A DNA stretch of 64,000 bases from Patescibacteria group bacterium (GCA_049325535.1 JBMOKY010000001.1:422611-486610), one strand, 5' to 3'. Shown: positions 46,587-57,558, numbered from the stretch's first letter. Numbers and translations: made by a program. The notes: generated by a model not told the origin, from the sequence alone.

Positions 46587-47778
46587 CCAGATTTTTTGAT
46601 TCCTTTGTCCAATTGAATTCATCGAGGAATGCTTTTTTTGAATTTTGTGAGCACTGGTGCATATTATTGCTTTCCGTCAGCTTCAAAATAGCATTCGCGA
46701 TATCCACTGGCGCATGACTCTGGGCAACAGTCCCAATGTTGTTTTTGGTAACAATCGCGCTAATTTCAGGCAGGTCACTCGCTACAATCGGAAGTCCGAC
46801 GCTCATATATTCGAATAATTTGTTTGGAAGAGCCAGGTGCTGATTTAAGTTCAGATCTTCTAAAAAGACGAGACCAAAGTCCGCTTGCTTCGTGTAGTGA
46901 GCAAGCACTTTCAGCGGAACAGCAGGATGAAAAAAAATCCTATTGCCCAGCCCATTTGCCGATACTTTCGATTGCAGTTTATTCAGAAGTGGGCCATTCC
47001 CCAGGATCAGCAACACAATATGTTTTGGCAACAGCCGCATCGCATCAATGAAATTGAATAATCCACGTCCGGGTTGCAGTGATCCTTGATACAGGGTAAT
47101 CATGGCATCAGCCGGTATGCCCATGGTTTGGCGTATATTGATGATTTCGTCTGATGAATCAGTTGATGGCGGAGGAACATTCTTAATCACGTGAGGCTCG
47201 GGGATATGGTAACGCCGAGCTAATTCAGCGGCTATCGACTGCGATACGGTCAGTACCAAGCGACATTTTTTTATTATGCGTCGCTCAATAGTTGAGTAAT
47301 ATTTTTTAAACAGTAATTGGCCAATTTTCCCAAATGACCCCTGATTCATTGTTTCCACGTATAATTCGTGCGCATCGTAGACTAAATGGGCACAATTTTT
47401 TCTCGACGCTCTATAGGTAGCCAGTAGGGTATCGAGGTCGTTCGCGTGGTAGATGTCAGCTTTGAGCTCGACCATTTTTTGATATAACCGTTTCGTATTT
47501 TGGTTACCATATGAAAAAAGCGGCAGATAGTATCTAATAATCCGCCAGATAGACTGTGTCAAGATATTGTCACGTGTAAATTTCGGGACGCGGATTATGG
47601 TAAAGCCGTTTTTCGTTTCAAGCAAAGGCTGCTCCTTCATTATTTGTATTCCCACCACGTATACCTCGAAACCGGCTTCAGCAAGAGCTGATGCTTCGCG
47701 GTTAACGCGGCTATCGTTTGTTACGCCGTTCGTGACGGCCATGCAAACCCGTTTTTTTCTGTGTGGTTGCCGGTGCAT
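46546..47778 (-). CDS. GT4 glycosyltransferase
   Basis: DSRVNREA, HANDLDT, YDAHE, YQG..RG, PNKLFEY; its 3' end overlaps the convergent GT4 by 41 bp. Confidence 0.9.
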   Translation of the reverse strand: MHRQPHRKKRVCMAVTNGVTNDSRVNREASALAEAGFEVYVVGIQIMKEQPLLETKNGFTIIRVPKFTRDNILTQSIWRIIRYYLPLFSYGNQNTKRLYQKMVELKADIYHANDLDTLLATYRASRKNCAHLVYDAHELYVETMNQGSFGKIGQLLFKKYYSTIERRIIKKCRLVLTVSQSIAAELARRYHIPEPHVIKNVPPPSTDSSDEIINIRQTMGIPADAMITLYQGSLQPGRGLFNFIDAMRLLPKHIVLLILGNGPLLNKLQSKVSANGLGNRIFFHPAVPLKVLAHYTKQADFGLVFLEDLNLNQHLALPNKLFEYMSVGLPIVASDLPEISAIVTKNNIGTVAQSHAPVDIANAILKLTESNNMHQCSQNSKKAFLDEFNWTKESKNLVNEYSELINDFQG

Positions 47779-47782
47779 GACG

Positions 47783-48859
47783 TTAGCGTTCCTGATGCCA
47801 CCGCTCGATAGCTTCAACAATGAGTCGAGCGGCATTCCCAGAGCCATACAGAGCACCATGATTTTTAGGTGTCGGTGGGTGGGCGATTAAGCTCGCTATC
47901 CGATCGGCATCCGCTGCGGCAAGCGTATTCCATCCAGCCTGAAGCGTCTCGACCCACTCTGTTTCAGTGCGCAGGGTGATGCAGGGTACTTTAAAAAAGT
48001 ACGCTTCTTTTTGCATGCCACCGGAATCAGTCAGAATGAGCTGGGCGTTTTTTTCTAAAATGAGCATTTCATGATAGGGCACCGGGTCAACAATTAGAAT
48101 TTTACTTCCGGTTATAGTATCCTGGAAATGTTCCTCGGTAATTACTTTTCTGGTTCGCGGGTGCAGCGGTAGAAGAATGGGCTGTGTTGAACGTGATAAT
48201 CCCAATAAAATGTTTTTTAGGTTTTTTGGCTGGTCAGTATTTTCGGCACGATGGATGGTGGCGAGACTATAGGAATGCGGCTCGATCCTGAATTTACTCA
48301 GCACGTCCGTATCGTTCGGCGCCGTAGCAAGATATTTGATCAAAGCGTCGATCATTAGGTCACCGACGATCGTTATGCCGGTTTTAATATTTTCATTGGC
48401 GAGCCATGCAGCTGACTGGCGTGAAGAGCAGAGAAGTATGTCGGCGAGGTGGTCAGTGACTATACGGTTGATTTCCTCGGGCATCGATTTATTGAAGCTG
48501 CGCATGCCAGCCTCTACGTGGGCGACGGGAATATGCAGTTTTGCTGCGGCCAGCGCTCCAGCCAGGGTTGAGTTTGTATCTCCAAATACTATGACCACGT
48601 CAGGTTTAATCTGCATGAGTAACCCCTCAATTTCAGAAAGCATCCGGCCTGTCTGTATGCCATGGGAATTTGAACGGATATCGAGATTATAGTCCGGTTC
48701 GGGGATATGCAGCGCATCAAAAAAAACATCCGACATGTTTCGATCATAATGCTGGCCCGTGTGGATGATGATTTCCTGGTGTGCTTTCCTCAGCTCGCTT
48801 GACAGGGGTGCGAGTTTGATGAATTGTGGTCGTGCGCCGACGATGGAAACGATGGTCAT
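47783..48859 (-). CDS. wecB: Non-hydrolysing UDP-GlcNAc(3NAcA) 2-epimerase (WecB/WbpI type)
   Basis: GARPQFIK, HTGQHYD, GDTNSTLAG, HVEAGMRS, PEEINR, TDSGGMQKEAY, ETEW. Confidence 0.93.
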   Translation of the reverse strand: MTIVSIVGARPQFIKLAPLSSELRKAHQEIIIHTGQHYDRNMSDVFFDALHIPEPDYNLDIRSNSHGIQTGRMLSEIEGLLMQIKPDVVIVFGDTNSTLAGALAAAKLHIPVAHVEAGMRSFNKSMPEEINRIVTDHLADILLCSSRQSAAWLANENIKTGITIVGDLMIDALIKYLATAPNDTDVLSKFRIEPHSYSLATIHRAENTDQPKNLKNILLGLSRSTQPILLPLHPRTRKVITEEHFQDTITGSKILIVDPVPYHEMLILEKNAQLILTDSGGMQKEAYFFKVPCITLRTETEWVETLQAGWNTLAAADADRIASLIAHPPTPKNHGALYGSGNAARLIVEAIERWHQER

Positions 48860-50364
48860 TTGATCTGATTTTTCAGTATTTGTGTTAGTAGTTGAGCTAC
48901 GTTACCCGGTTGGTTCGTTGATACGAATTGTCGTTCCTTGTTTTCCCTTCGCGATTGGGTGAATATAAGGGCGGCCTCTCTGAAACTTTTTGCATCCGTA
49001 GCGAGTGCTGCCCGTGATTCTGTTATGTATCCTGGGTATTTCTTCGCGCCATTATGATCTATAAGAATCGTATTGATGTTAAATTGATGGGCTTCAATAA
49101 TAACCGAAGATGTTTGAGTAACATGCAAACTCATGTACGGCAGGAGAAGGTAAAGGGGGAGGGTCGTTGCTTCAGGAATAGTTATGCGTTCATGAATATC
49201 TCTTTGTGCAATTTGTTTCTGGATAGATGTGAGCAGATATTTATGTCCTGGGTGTAGTCGAAGCCACCAGTGCCACGATTGGTCAGATCCCATTATAGAG
49301 TCAAATAGCCAGTCTGGCAATGGAATATTTTGGGCGGTAATGAGTATATTGATTATTGCTTTTTTACTTCTAATTATTGATTCAATAGTACTCGCGTCTT
49401 TTTGTAGCTCACTAAATTCTCTATGCTTGAATTTATTTAAAAGTAAATTTCCGATAGTTATTATTTTATGAGGTGTTTTCCTCTTATGTATCCAGGAATA
49501 TGTTTTTTGTTCGCTTCCGTCGCCCCACAGTAGGAAATAGTCGGGAAGAAGTTCATATCCTTCTGGAGGGATGGTATCCCAGTGTGCGTAGGCAGGATGC
49601 ATCTCATCCTGGGTGCCGTGCTGGATGTCCGCTGTCGGTATAAGCAGCTCACGACATGCCAGTATAAGAGCGAATCTATTTGGTGAATAATAATTAGTCA
49701 TCATTACTAGTTTGGGTTTTATTCGTCTGAGGATTGCTAAGAATATTTTTTTGTACGTCAATATGAGGGATGTCAGCTTTAAAATTGATTTAATTTCCAA
49801 AAAAGAAGCGTCATTCAAATCGTTTTTAACGATAGTCAGCATCCGCTCATATTCAGGCAAATAGTAAGTGAGTCTTGACCTTCGGTATGTTATGAAATTA
49901 TATAATGAGCCAAAACTCAGAAGCGGTTGAATGAGAAATGACTTATTATTTCTCGGGTATAAGTATTCTCTGTAATTACTTTCCTCGATGCTAAAAGAAG
50001 TGAAGTTATTATTTGATAATTCCTCGATTATGGGATCGAAAAACCGTTCATAATAATGATTACCAATTTTGATGCGGTTTACAGTTGAGGAATAGAAAAG
50101 TATGTCAGCTTGATGAGGTCTGTAAGAATTATGTTCCCGATCATTAATGATCGCGTCAATAACGCGTAATAAATCTTTGATTATTTTTTTTGTGTGTGAT
50201 AGATATGATTTTTTTAGTGTTGACATTGCATTCTCCCTTTCGGCAGCCCCAAATATGAGCACACGAACAATAGGCCAAATACGCATGTCATCAACAACCC
50301 AGGAATTTACCGGGCACTCTTTTTCAATTTTTCGTATTAAATCAAAAGTTTTATTTTGGTTCAT
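48856..50364 (-). CDS. Putative nonulosonic-acid transferase or capsule biosynthesis protein (GT-B-like)
   Basis: DIQHG, LPDYFLLWG, LRLHP, SSVIIEA; adjacent to the flippase and pse genes. Function is inferred. Confidence 0.55.
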   Translation of the reverse strand: MNQNKTFDLIRKIEKECPVNSWVVDDMRIWPIVRVLIFGAAERENAMSTLKKSYLSHTKKIIKDLLRVIDAIINDREHNSYRPHQADILFYSSTVNRIKIGNHYYERFFDPIIEELSNNNFTSFSIEESNYREYLYPRNNKSFLIQPLLSFGSLYNFITYRRSRLTYYLPEYERMLTIVKNDLNDASFLEIKSILKLTSLILTYKKIFLAILRRIKPKLVMMTNYYSPNRFALILACRELLIPTADIQHGTQDEMHPAYAHWDTIPPEGYELLPDYFLLWGDGSEQKTYSWIHKRKTPHKIITIGNLLLNKFKHREFSELQKDASTIESIIRSKKAIINILITAQNIPLPDWLFDSIMGSDQSWHWWLRLHPGHKYLLTSIQKQIAQRDIHERITIPEATTLPLYLLLPYMSLHVTQTSSVIIEAHQFNINTILIDHNGAKKYPGYITESRAALATDAKSFREAALIFTQSRRENKERQFVSTNQPGNVAQLLTQILKNQIK

Positions 50365-51640
50365 GTGAAAATTTTAATGCCCTGAGCCACGGCATTTTAT
50401 AGATTCGATTGCTCAATATCCAGATAGCGAAAAATACTATAAAATAACTTATTGTTGTCGATTGCGCTGCTCCAATTGCTCCCCGGGCGCTTACGAACCA
50501 ATAAGTGAGTCCAATATTTAACAGGGCATTCGTAAATGTTAATATCGCAAGAATTCGTGTTTTTTTCATATAGAAAATGTAATTCGCCACCATAAAGTAC
50601 ATACCTTGAGCGGCATAAGCAAGCGCGATCCATATTACATATTCGGCAGAGGATTGGAATTCGTGTCCGACAAAAATTTTGAGAAGTGGGGGAGCGGCAA
50701 AACCAAGTAGCAAAGCAAGGAGAACGATAACAACGAAGTACAAATACGTGAATTGGACAATGTGGATTTTTGAACTATGTTTATTTTCTTTAAGTGTTTG
50801 GTATAGGTAGGGAACCCAAGCAGTATTGAATGATGTTGCCAATAAACTGATAACGGTTCCCACCTGAAATCCTACAGTATATAAACCGGTGGCCGCGATA
50901 CCAATCATTGCGGTAAGCATAATGCGATCGATAGTAGTGTTTATTAACCCACTCAGTGAGTGAGGAATAAGCGGTATGCCAAATTTCAAAGCATCGCGGA
51001 AATACTGAGGATTCCATGTAAATGAAATATACCCCCTCTTCAGCATTATATAAAAATTGATAGTTCCAAACAATATTGTTGAGATAATAATGCCATATAG
51101 CCTGCCTTCCCATTGCATCTGCATAAACATTATGAAAATCAGTGACAAGGCAAGATTGAGTATCGTATAGGCGATAGTAGTCAGCCCATATGGAATCGGG
51201 CGCTGTTCTGCTTGCCATAGAACGAGATTGAGTGATGTCAAAAATTGAAAGAAAGCGCTCAGTGTAATTATTGGCAGCCAAGTGGCCGGGAAGCCGAGTA
51301 GCTCAGTTAGTGCGTTGCTTAAGATCAGGGAAATCAGGAGGACAATGGCAAAACTGATACACAGTATGTAAATAATGTTACCGACATAAATACGCAGCTG
51401 ATCTTTTGAAAGTTTAAAGTATGAAACACTTACTGCCCCATGAGTGTTTATCCCGATGAGTACGATCAACACCGATATTATTACTTGGTAAATTGAAATA
51501 ATGCCGTAGTCTTCGGGTGACAAAAATCTGGTAAGAACAGGTAAAATGAGAAAGGGAATGCCGGCTTTAATAGTATTGCTCAGGATAAACAACGCTGAAT
51601 TTCTCGCCAATTTACTTTTTAGTAACGATATGAAATGCAT
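50351..51640 (-). CDS. wzx: Wzx-type oligosaccharide flippase
   Basis: LPVLTRFLSPEDYG, KFGIPLIPH, IDRIML, TGLY. Confidence 0.9.
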   Translation of the reverse strand: MHFISLLKSKLARNSALFILSNTIKAGIPFLILPVLTRFLSPEDYGIISIYQVIISVLIVLIGINTHGAVSVSYFKLSKDQLRIYVGNIIYILCISFAIVLLISLILSNALTELLGFPATWLPIITLSAFFQFLTSLNLVLWQAEQRPIPYGLTTIAYTILNLALSLIFIMFMQMQWEGRLYGIIISTILFGTINFYIMLKRGYISFTWNPQYFRDALKFGIPLIPHSLSGLINTTIDRIMLTAMIGIAATGLYTVGFQVGTVISLLATSFNTAWVPYLYQTLKENKHSSKIHIVQFTYLYFVVIVLLALLLGFAAPPLLKIFVGHEFQSSAEYVIWIALAYAAQGMYFMVANYIFYMKKTRILAILTFTNALLNIGLTYWFVSARGAIGAAQSTTISYFIVFFAIWILSNRIYKMPWLRALKFSHEPK

Positions 51641-51696
51641 AATTGATTCCCGAAACGGCGCTGGTTATTATAATCAAGCAGCGCTCCTTATCAAAA

Positions 51697-52428
51697 TTAA
51701 GGTTTTTTTTGCTGGACGTGAGTATTTATTGAGGAAATTTCAGGGTTTGCCGTGAGCCACCGTATCACTTGCGGCGTATCAATAAGTTTCCCTGGATGGT
51801 ACCATTGGTTGAAAATTATTTTCATGAGTTCGTAATCATCCACGGTATCCAGTGTTAGTCTCAATTCAGGATGGGCATATGACTGTGGCATAACGACGTT
51901 GTGGATGGTAAATAATTTGGACGGATTTTCCCGCATTATTAATGTGACGTGCTCACGCAAACGTTCGGTATGTGCATTCTCGTCAGCTTTCTTTAGTGCC
52001 CCTTCAGTGAAAGCTTCAACATCAAGTCCGTGTGGAATAATTCTTGATAAAACATTACTGGCATAGTCATACCCTGGCAGCTCATGGATGACCATCTCGA
52101 TAATAGTAGGGTCAATGAGTGGGCAATCTGCGGTGATGCGAACCAGTATAGGCGCCGGGTAGTGATTAGCTGCTAATCGATACCGAGACAGGACGTCAGA
52201 TAAATCACCGCGCACACAGAAAGTCCCCATTTCCTGACAGTAGCGTTCAATCGCGTCGTCGGTTTTGTCAGTTGAAGTTGCGACAACAACGTGTGCTTGA
52301 GGTACGTGTTTGCAACGGTCAACAATATGCCCAAGCACGGGTTTATCCGCAAGTGGTAATAAAACTTTACCCGGTAAACGGGTAGAGCTCATGCGTGCTT
52401 GAATGAGGATGGTGATTCTAGATGCCAT
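51697..52428 (-). CDS. pseF: Acylneuraminate cytidylyltransferase (SpsF/PseF type)
   Basis: IQARMSSTRLPGKVL, DVLSRY, VRITADCP, REHVT, RLTLDT. Confidence 0.85.
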   Translation of the reverse strand: MASRITILIQARMSSTRLPGKVLLPLADKPVLGHIVDRCKHVPQAHVVVATSTDKTDDAIERYCQEMGTFCVRGDLSDVLSRYRLAANHYPAPILVRITADCPLIDPTIIEMVIHELPGYDYASNVLSRIIPHGLDVEAFTEGALKKADENAHTERLREHVTLIMRENPSKLFTIHNVVMPQSYAHPELRLTLDTVDDYELMKIIFNQWYHPGKLIDTPQVIRWLTANPEISSINTHVQQKKP

Positions 52429-52438
52429 AGTATTATTT

Positions 52439-53488
52439 TTATCGTGAAATATCCGTCCGACGCAGAGGGGTGCCTGCTTTCAAACTTCGTCGAGCTTTTT
52501 TCCGCAATATCGTGGGTAGTAAGATGGGAGGGAGTCCAGCATTCGGTCTGATGGAGCGGACATTTTCATACGTGAATCGATCTCCAGCTCTGATGTCTTT
52601 TACGGCAAAGAGTGATCGGCTGAATAGGCGGCTTTTTTTTGTTTTTTCCGAAAGAGTGTAGCGTATTTTTCCGATTGCTTGCTCCGCATCGCGGACCGAG
52701 CGTACCATGTTCCGGAATTCATCTGGTTCTAGGGAAAAAGAAGCGTCAGGCCCGCCGAGGGAGCGTTTCAAGATCAGGTGTTTTTCTATGATTTTTGCGC
52801 CAAGACTCACTGCCGCGATTGGCGCGACGATACCGGTTGTATGGTCTGACAAGCCGGTAATGACGCGGAAGCGTTTTTTCATATCCGGCATAGTTGCTAG
52901 ATTTGCTTCGGCTAATGGAGCCGGATAGGCTGAGGTGCATTGGAGCAAGGCAATAGCATAATTACCTTTTCGTCGACATGCCCGGACCGCTGCCGTAATA
53001 TCAGCTACTGTAGCAATGCCAGTTGAAATGATCATCGGTTTTCCTTGAGCGGCCGTGTATTCTATGAGTGGTATGTCCGTAATTTCAAATGAAGCAATTT
53101 TATAGGCCGGAACGTTCATTTTTTTTAAAAAGTCCACAGCCGTTATGTCAAATGGGGATGAGAAGCATTCCATGCCTAATTGGTTTGCTAATTTTTTTAG
53201 TTTTGGCTGCCATTGCCATGGCGTATGTGCTTCCTGGTACAGGTCGTAGAGTGTCCGGCCATCCCAAATTGTGTCGCTATTGATGCGGAAGTATTTTGTG
53301 TCACTTTTCATCGTGATAGTATCGGCAGTATATGTTTGTAATTTAACTGCGTCAGCGCCAGCCTTTTTTGCAGCACGTATTGTCCGTACCGCAATATCAA
53401 ACCGCTGGTTATGGTTAGCTGATAATTCTGCAATGATAAATGCCGGTGAATGATCACTAATTTCTTTTTTTCCGATTCGAATTTTCAT
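52439..53488 (-). CDS. pseI: Pseudaminic acid synthase
   Basis: IAELSANHN, KLQTYTADTIT, KIASFE, GLSDHT, GGPDASFS and a C-terminal SAF domain. Confidence 0.95.
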   Translation of the reverse strand: MKIRIGKKEISDHSPAFIIAELSANHNQRFDIAVRTIRAAKKAGADAVKLQTYTADTITMKSDTKYFRINSDTIWDGRTLYDLYQEAHTPWQWQPKLKKLANQLGMECFSSPFDITAVDFLKKMNVPAYKIASFEITDIPLIEYTAAQGKPMIISTGIATVADITAAVRACRRKGNYAIALLQCTSAYPAPLAEANLATMPDMKKRFRVITGLSDHTTGIVAPIAAVSLGAKIIEKHLILKRSLGGPDASFSLEPDEFRNMVRSVRDAEQAIGKIRYTLSEKTKKSRLFSRSLFAVKDIRAGDRFTYENVRSIRPNAGLPPILLPTILRKKARRSLKAGTPLRRTDISR

Positions 53489-53491
53489 AAA

Positions 53492-53977
53492 TTAAACGGA
53501 AAAAATATATTTTTTTGCTTGTTGTTCTCGCACCACTACCGTAGCCTCAAACTGGAAGCCGGCCTTTTCAAAAAGCTTGATGGATGGAGTATTATCAGGC
53601 TTGATGAATGCCTCTATGCGCATAATTTCGGGATGAAGCGACAGGTAATGTTTAATTGCCAACTGAAGTAATGGTAGGGCAAGCTTTCTGCCACGAAATT
53701 GTGCGGTAACACTAATACCGATTATGGCCACGCCATCGGCGCAGTCAAAACGTACTTGACCCGCAAATCGCCCCTCATACTCAGCGATTAAAAATGTACC
53801 GGATGGATCATGCAGCTTACGATTGAACCATGTAATATGTTGGGGTAGGGAAATGGCCGATGAGCTAAAGGAGTTCTTTCGCACAACCGGATCCATCGCA
53901 AGGTCATATACAGTCCGGGTGTCAGCGCGTGTCACTTTTCTGATAAGTATTTTTTCCGGCTGTATACTATTGGTCAT
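53492..53977 (-). CDS. pseH: GNAT N-acetyltransferase (PseH-like)
   Basis: DPVVRKNSF..H..WF, GQVRFD, N.PSIKLFEKAGF; pse cluster context. Confidence 0.75.
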   Translation of the reverse strand: MTNSIQPEKILIRKVTRADTRTVYDLAMDPVVRKNSFSSSAISLPQHITWFNRKLHDPSGTFLIAEYEGRFAGQVRFDCADGVAIIGISVTAQFRGRKLALPLLQLAIKHYLSLHPEIMRIEAFIKPDNTPSIKLFEKAGFQFEATVVVREQQAKKYIFSV

Positions 53978-55001
53978 AAGGAGAGCGTATAGTATGTTTT
54001 ATTTCTCGGGCAATCCGGCGCGAACCGTATCCATCGATCAGTCGGCGTCCCGCCCTACTCATTTCTTTTCTTCTTGAAACATTATCTAAAGTGCGGCATG
54101 CATGTATTAGCTGAGATGCGAAGTTCGCGGATGGACCGGTACGCGCGTCAATCGGGTGTATTGCGTTTTTGCGGTGCCAGGCACGCGCATTCAGTATCTG
54201 ATTTTCGGCTACGATGACGCCGATCGAAGGTAATCCGACACAGGCTAATTCATTGAGCGTTTGGCCCGCTCCTGATATAGCAATATCCGCAGTATACATC
54301 AGTCTGATGAGGGCAGCCGCGGAAAGATTGTGATACAATTTTATTGTTTTATCTTTTTTTTGTAAGGATATGAGCTGTTGCCTATTCTGTTTCCGAAATC
54401 CAGCGCCAACGACAACGTGCTTCTTCCACCGGGGATAGTTTGTTGAGAGCGCCCACAAAACATGCGGCGTCAGTGAACGCACGTCTGTTGCGCCAATGGT
54501 AATGAGCACATCGGTCATTTTTTTGCGTATGTGCCGTCGTGCTCGATGTGCAAATTCCTTTCTCAACAATAATTCATACCAATAGGTGGGTTCATGCGGA
54601 CGTCGTATCATATAAAAAGGACGGTACCCGCTCTTGGCATGCCACCCAACCTTCAGGACGACTGAGCTGGCGGGGTATGTAATACGATCGTAGTCGTCTA
54701 TACATACTATAAGTGGCACCTGCTTCGCGATTTCATTGTATACAGCACGTGATGCATGATATGAGTCAATGATAACGCAGTCTGCACCGGTGAGAGCTGT
54801 ACGGCGGAGACGCGCACGCGTAATCCAGTCTCCCCGACGCGCGAAGTGTTTGGGAACAACGGTATGAATACTCGACGGGCCATCAACATACATCGTACAT
54901 ACCATATTCTCATCTTGACACGCTTCGGCTAATGCGTGGCAGCGGGTCAGATGACCAAATCCTTTTTCGGGACTCCCTTCAGTTAATATAGTCACCATCA
55001 T
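53967..55001 (-). CDS. pseG: UDP-2,4-diacetamido-2,4,6-trideoxy-altrose hydrolase (PseG-like)
   Basis: GFGHLTRC..LA, IIDSY, IDD, ISGAGQT..E, AENQ, IDGYGSRRI. Confidence 0.85.
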   Translation of the reverse strand: MMVTILTEGSPEKGFGHLTRCHALAEACQDENMVCTMYVDGPSSIHTVVPKHFARRGDWITRARLRRTALTGADCVIIDSYHASRAVYNEIAKQVPLIVCIDDYDRITYPASSVVLKVGWHAKSGYRPFYMIRRPHEPTYWYELLLRKEFAHRARRHIRKKMTDVLITIGATDVRSLTPHVLWALSTNYPRWKKHVVVGAGFRKQNRQQLISLQKKDKTIKLYHNLSAAALIRLMYTADIAISGAGQTLNELACVGLPSIGVIVAENQILNARAWHRKNAIHPIDARTGPSANFASQLIHACRTLDNVSRRKEMSRAGRRLIDGYGSRRIAREIKHTIRSPYDQ

Positions 55002-55780
55002 GTCGGTCCAACCTCCTGGATAAATCGTTTACGCGTAGGAACACCCTTTTTACTCAAATATTCTTTCGCTTCCAAGGGAGTTTGTTCGGTGAAATGGAAA
55101 ATACTTGCCGCAGCAACCGCGGATGCGCCACCAGTGGTTATGGCTTGGTACATATCTTCATAATTCCCTGCACCACCTGAAGCGATGACCGGAATACTCA
55201 CTGCCGCACTTACCCGCTTAATCAGCTCTAGGTCGTATCCTTTCATTTCTCCGTCGTGATTGATAGAAGTTAGGAGAATTTCTCCTGCTCCACGCCGCTC
55301 TGCTTCTTGCGCCCATACAATAACTTCTTTTCCGGTATCTACTGTACCGGCATGGCTAAAGCAATGGTAGATGCCATTGATCGGACGGGCGTCAATACTC
55401 ACTACGATACATTGCGCGCCAAATTGCTTTGCCCCTTTGTTAATTAGATCAGGAGCAATAAATGCGCCTGTGTTTATAGACACCTTATCAGCTCCGCAGC
55501 GTAGTAGTTGTTTGATATGCTCGATATCCGTAATGCCACCTCCAACCGTAAAAGGAAAAAAACATTCACTGGATATTTCACGGATGGCATCAAAATCAGG
55601 TATCCTTTTTTCTTTCGACGCCATGATATCTACGAGTATCAACTCATCGACTTGTCGCGTATTATAGACACGTACAGCGGGAATAACACTGCCAACACGA
55701 CGCCAGCTATCAAATTGCTTGCCTTTGACGAGGCCAACATCCTTCCAGAGGAGCGTCGGAATAATACGAATTTTAAGCAT
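54998..55780 (-). CDS. HisF-like cyclase paralog (WbuZ/AglZ type) for sugar amidation
   Basis: [34 protein letters not shown]; glycan cluster context. Confidence 0.88.
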   Translation of the reverse strand: MLKIRIIPTLLWKDVGLVKGKQFDSWRRVGSVIPAVRVYNTRQVDELILVDIMASKEKRIPDFDAIREISSECFFPFTVGGGITDIEHIKQLLRCGADKVSINTGAFIAPDLINKGAKQFGAQCIVVSIDARPINGIYHCFSHAGTVDTGKEVIVWAQEAERRGAGEILLTSINHDGEMKGYDLELIKRVSAAVSIPVIASGGAGNYEDMYQAITTGGASAVAAASIFHFTEQTPLEAKEYLSKKGVPTRKRFIQEVGPT

Positions 55781-56394
55781 TAGAGTGAGAGAAAATTTTT
55801 CAAAATACTGAAACCAGCATTTTGGCTTTTTTCGGGGTGGAATTGTGTGCCGTAGACGTTTTTATTTTTGATCACCGAAGCAAAGGACCCACAGTAGGGT
55901 GTGGTTGCAATCACGGAACTTTGTGCGGCGGGGGAGAAGAAGTAACTGTGAACGAAGTAGAAATCGGTGTGGTCGGGAATGCCAGAAACAATATCATCAG
56001 GCTGCACAATAGTCACTTCATTCCAGCCAATATGAGGTATTCGCTCTTTTTTTTCTGTTGGTTGGAATTTTTTAATGGTGCCAGGTACCAGACCTAGTCC
56101 TTTGGTTGCGCCACCCTCATCTCCTTTGTCAGCAAGTAATTGCTGACCCAAGCAGATACCAAGGAACGGCACGCCATCCTCAAGCGCTGCCTTTCTAATT
56201 GATTCAACCCAGCCACGTTCACGCAAGTTTTTCATGCCATCAAAAAACGCACCCACTCCTGGCAAAATAATATGGGTGGCATCACACAAAGAATAGGGGT
56301 CATCACTTATATGTACAATACCACCACATTCAATAATTGCTTGACGAATCGAGCTGAGATTGCTCATTCCATAATCAATTATGGTGACATTCAT
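55780..56394 (-). CDS. HisH-like glutamine amidotransferase (WbuY type)
   Basis: IDYGMSNL, LPGVGAF, GICLG, PHIGWN, YFVHSY, QFHPEKS. Confidence 0.9.
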   Translation of the reverse strand: MNVTIIDYGMSNLSSIRQAIIECGGIVHISDDPYSLCDATHIILPGVGAFFDGMKNLRERGWVESIRKAALEDGVPFLGICLGQQLLADKGDEGGATKGLGLVPGTIKKFQPTEKKERIPHIGWNEVTIVQPDDIVSGIPDHTDFYFVHSYFFSPAAQSSVIATTPYCGSFASVIKNKNVYGTQFHPEKSQNAGFSILKNFLSL

Positions 56395-56409
56395 AGAGTA
56401 GAGAACAAC

Positions 56410-57558
56410 CTATAATTCTGGATGGAAGAGTTTGATGAGGTTACCGTGTCGGTCTTTGACTAGGTTGCCACGCGAATCGGTTTTGAATATTTTTTTATTC
56501 GTATATCGATCACAGACGCGATGGAATTCTTCGAGAGACATGTCAATTTTTTCTAGAATAGCTTCGATTGATTTGCCTAGGTATGACCAGGGGAATTTAC
56601 CATCATGTCGCTGAACTAGTGCAATGCCATCCTGGCGGGTGATACGCCCACGGCGGATGTGTAGTGAGGCAATATCAGTCGCACGACCGAAACCAAACTT
56701 GAGGTATTTAAAATAATCATGGATACCAGTTTGGTAATTATCTAAGTTTTCGTAATTGACGATGGAACCCTCAATCGTTCTTGGGTAGGTTGTTAACCCA
56801 AATCCCTGCGAAATAAGGGCGTTTGAATACCCATCCCAGGGTAAGTAGTAACCGAGGAATATGCCGGTTACCCCGACCTCTTGGAGTTCTTCATTGGAAG
56901 GATAGCGATAAGGAATTAATTGTTTTTCATTAACACCTTCTAGCCCAATGATATCGCTAAATCGTAATCCAAGAAGGCCGCCAAATTCTTCGAGCCATCG
57001 GCGTGTTAATACATTATTTTTACTGTCAGCAGCTGGACCGCCATACTCATTTTGGGAGTTTTCTCCCCAGATAATCATCGGTATTTTATATTGTACCGCA
57101 ACTCTGACTGGAATTGTGAAAATGCCGATATGCTCCGGCCACGAAATATCACCAACCTGCGTCAAACCTATTTTATTGAGTTTTGCGCGGACGACTGGAT
57201 TGGGAGAGAATTCAATCATGTCAACACCTAGACTTTTTAGATTGTTGATATTTTTTCTTCCGATATCGGTTAGGTCGCAGGTGGTGGCTACCACGCACAG
57301 TGGATTTAGTCCAAGCTGAAGCATGCGAACCGTCTGGTACGTACTGTCCTTACCGCCACTAACCGGAACTATACAATCCCAATGTGATCCATTCTTAGAT
57401 TTATATTTTTCTAAAATAACGTTGAGCTCTTTACGGCGAGTTTGCCAGTCGACTTGCTTTCGATGCTCGAAACTTCGGCAAGCATTGCAGATTCCTTCCT
57501 CGTCAATGAGAAGATCGGGCTTTGTATCGGGCAGGAGACAACGTGAGCAATAAATCAT
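56410..57558 (-). CDS. N-acetyl-sugar amidotransferase (WbuX/PseA/WbpG family)
   Basis: CSRC, CNAC, PP-loop VSGGKDS, GENSQNEYGG, LKFGFGRA. Confidence 0.92.
   Translation of the reverse strand: MIYCSRCLLPDTKPDLLIDEEGICNACRSFEHRKQVDWQTRRKELNVILEKYKSKNGSHWDCIVPVSGGKDSTYQTVRMLQLGLNPLCVVATTCDLTDIGRKNINNLKSLGVDMIEFSPNPVVRAKLNKIGLTQVGDISWPEHIGIFTIPVRVAVQYKIPMIIWGENSQNEYGGPAADSKNNVLTRRWLEEFGGLLGLRFSDIIGLEGVNEKQLIPYRYPSNEELQEVGVTGIFLGYYLPWDGYSNALISQGFGLTTYPRTIEGSIVNYENLDNYQTGIHDYFKYLKFGFGRATDIASLHIRRGRITRQDGIALVQRHDGKFPWSYLGKSIEAILEKIDMSLEEFHRVCDRYTNKKIFKTDSRGNLVKDRHGNLIKLFHPEL

Noticed and set aside
54998-56394. Histidine biosynthesis genes hisF/hisH
   Set aside because: They are adjacent to a WbuX-type amidotransferase inside a glycan cluster with no other his genes, so they are sugar-modification paralogs.
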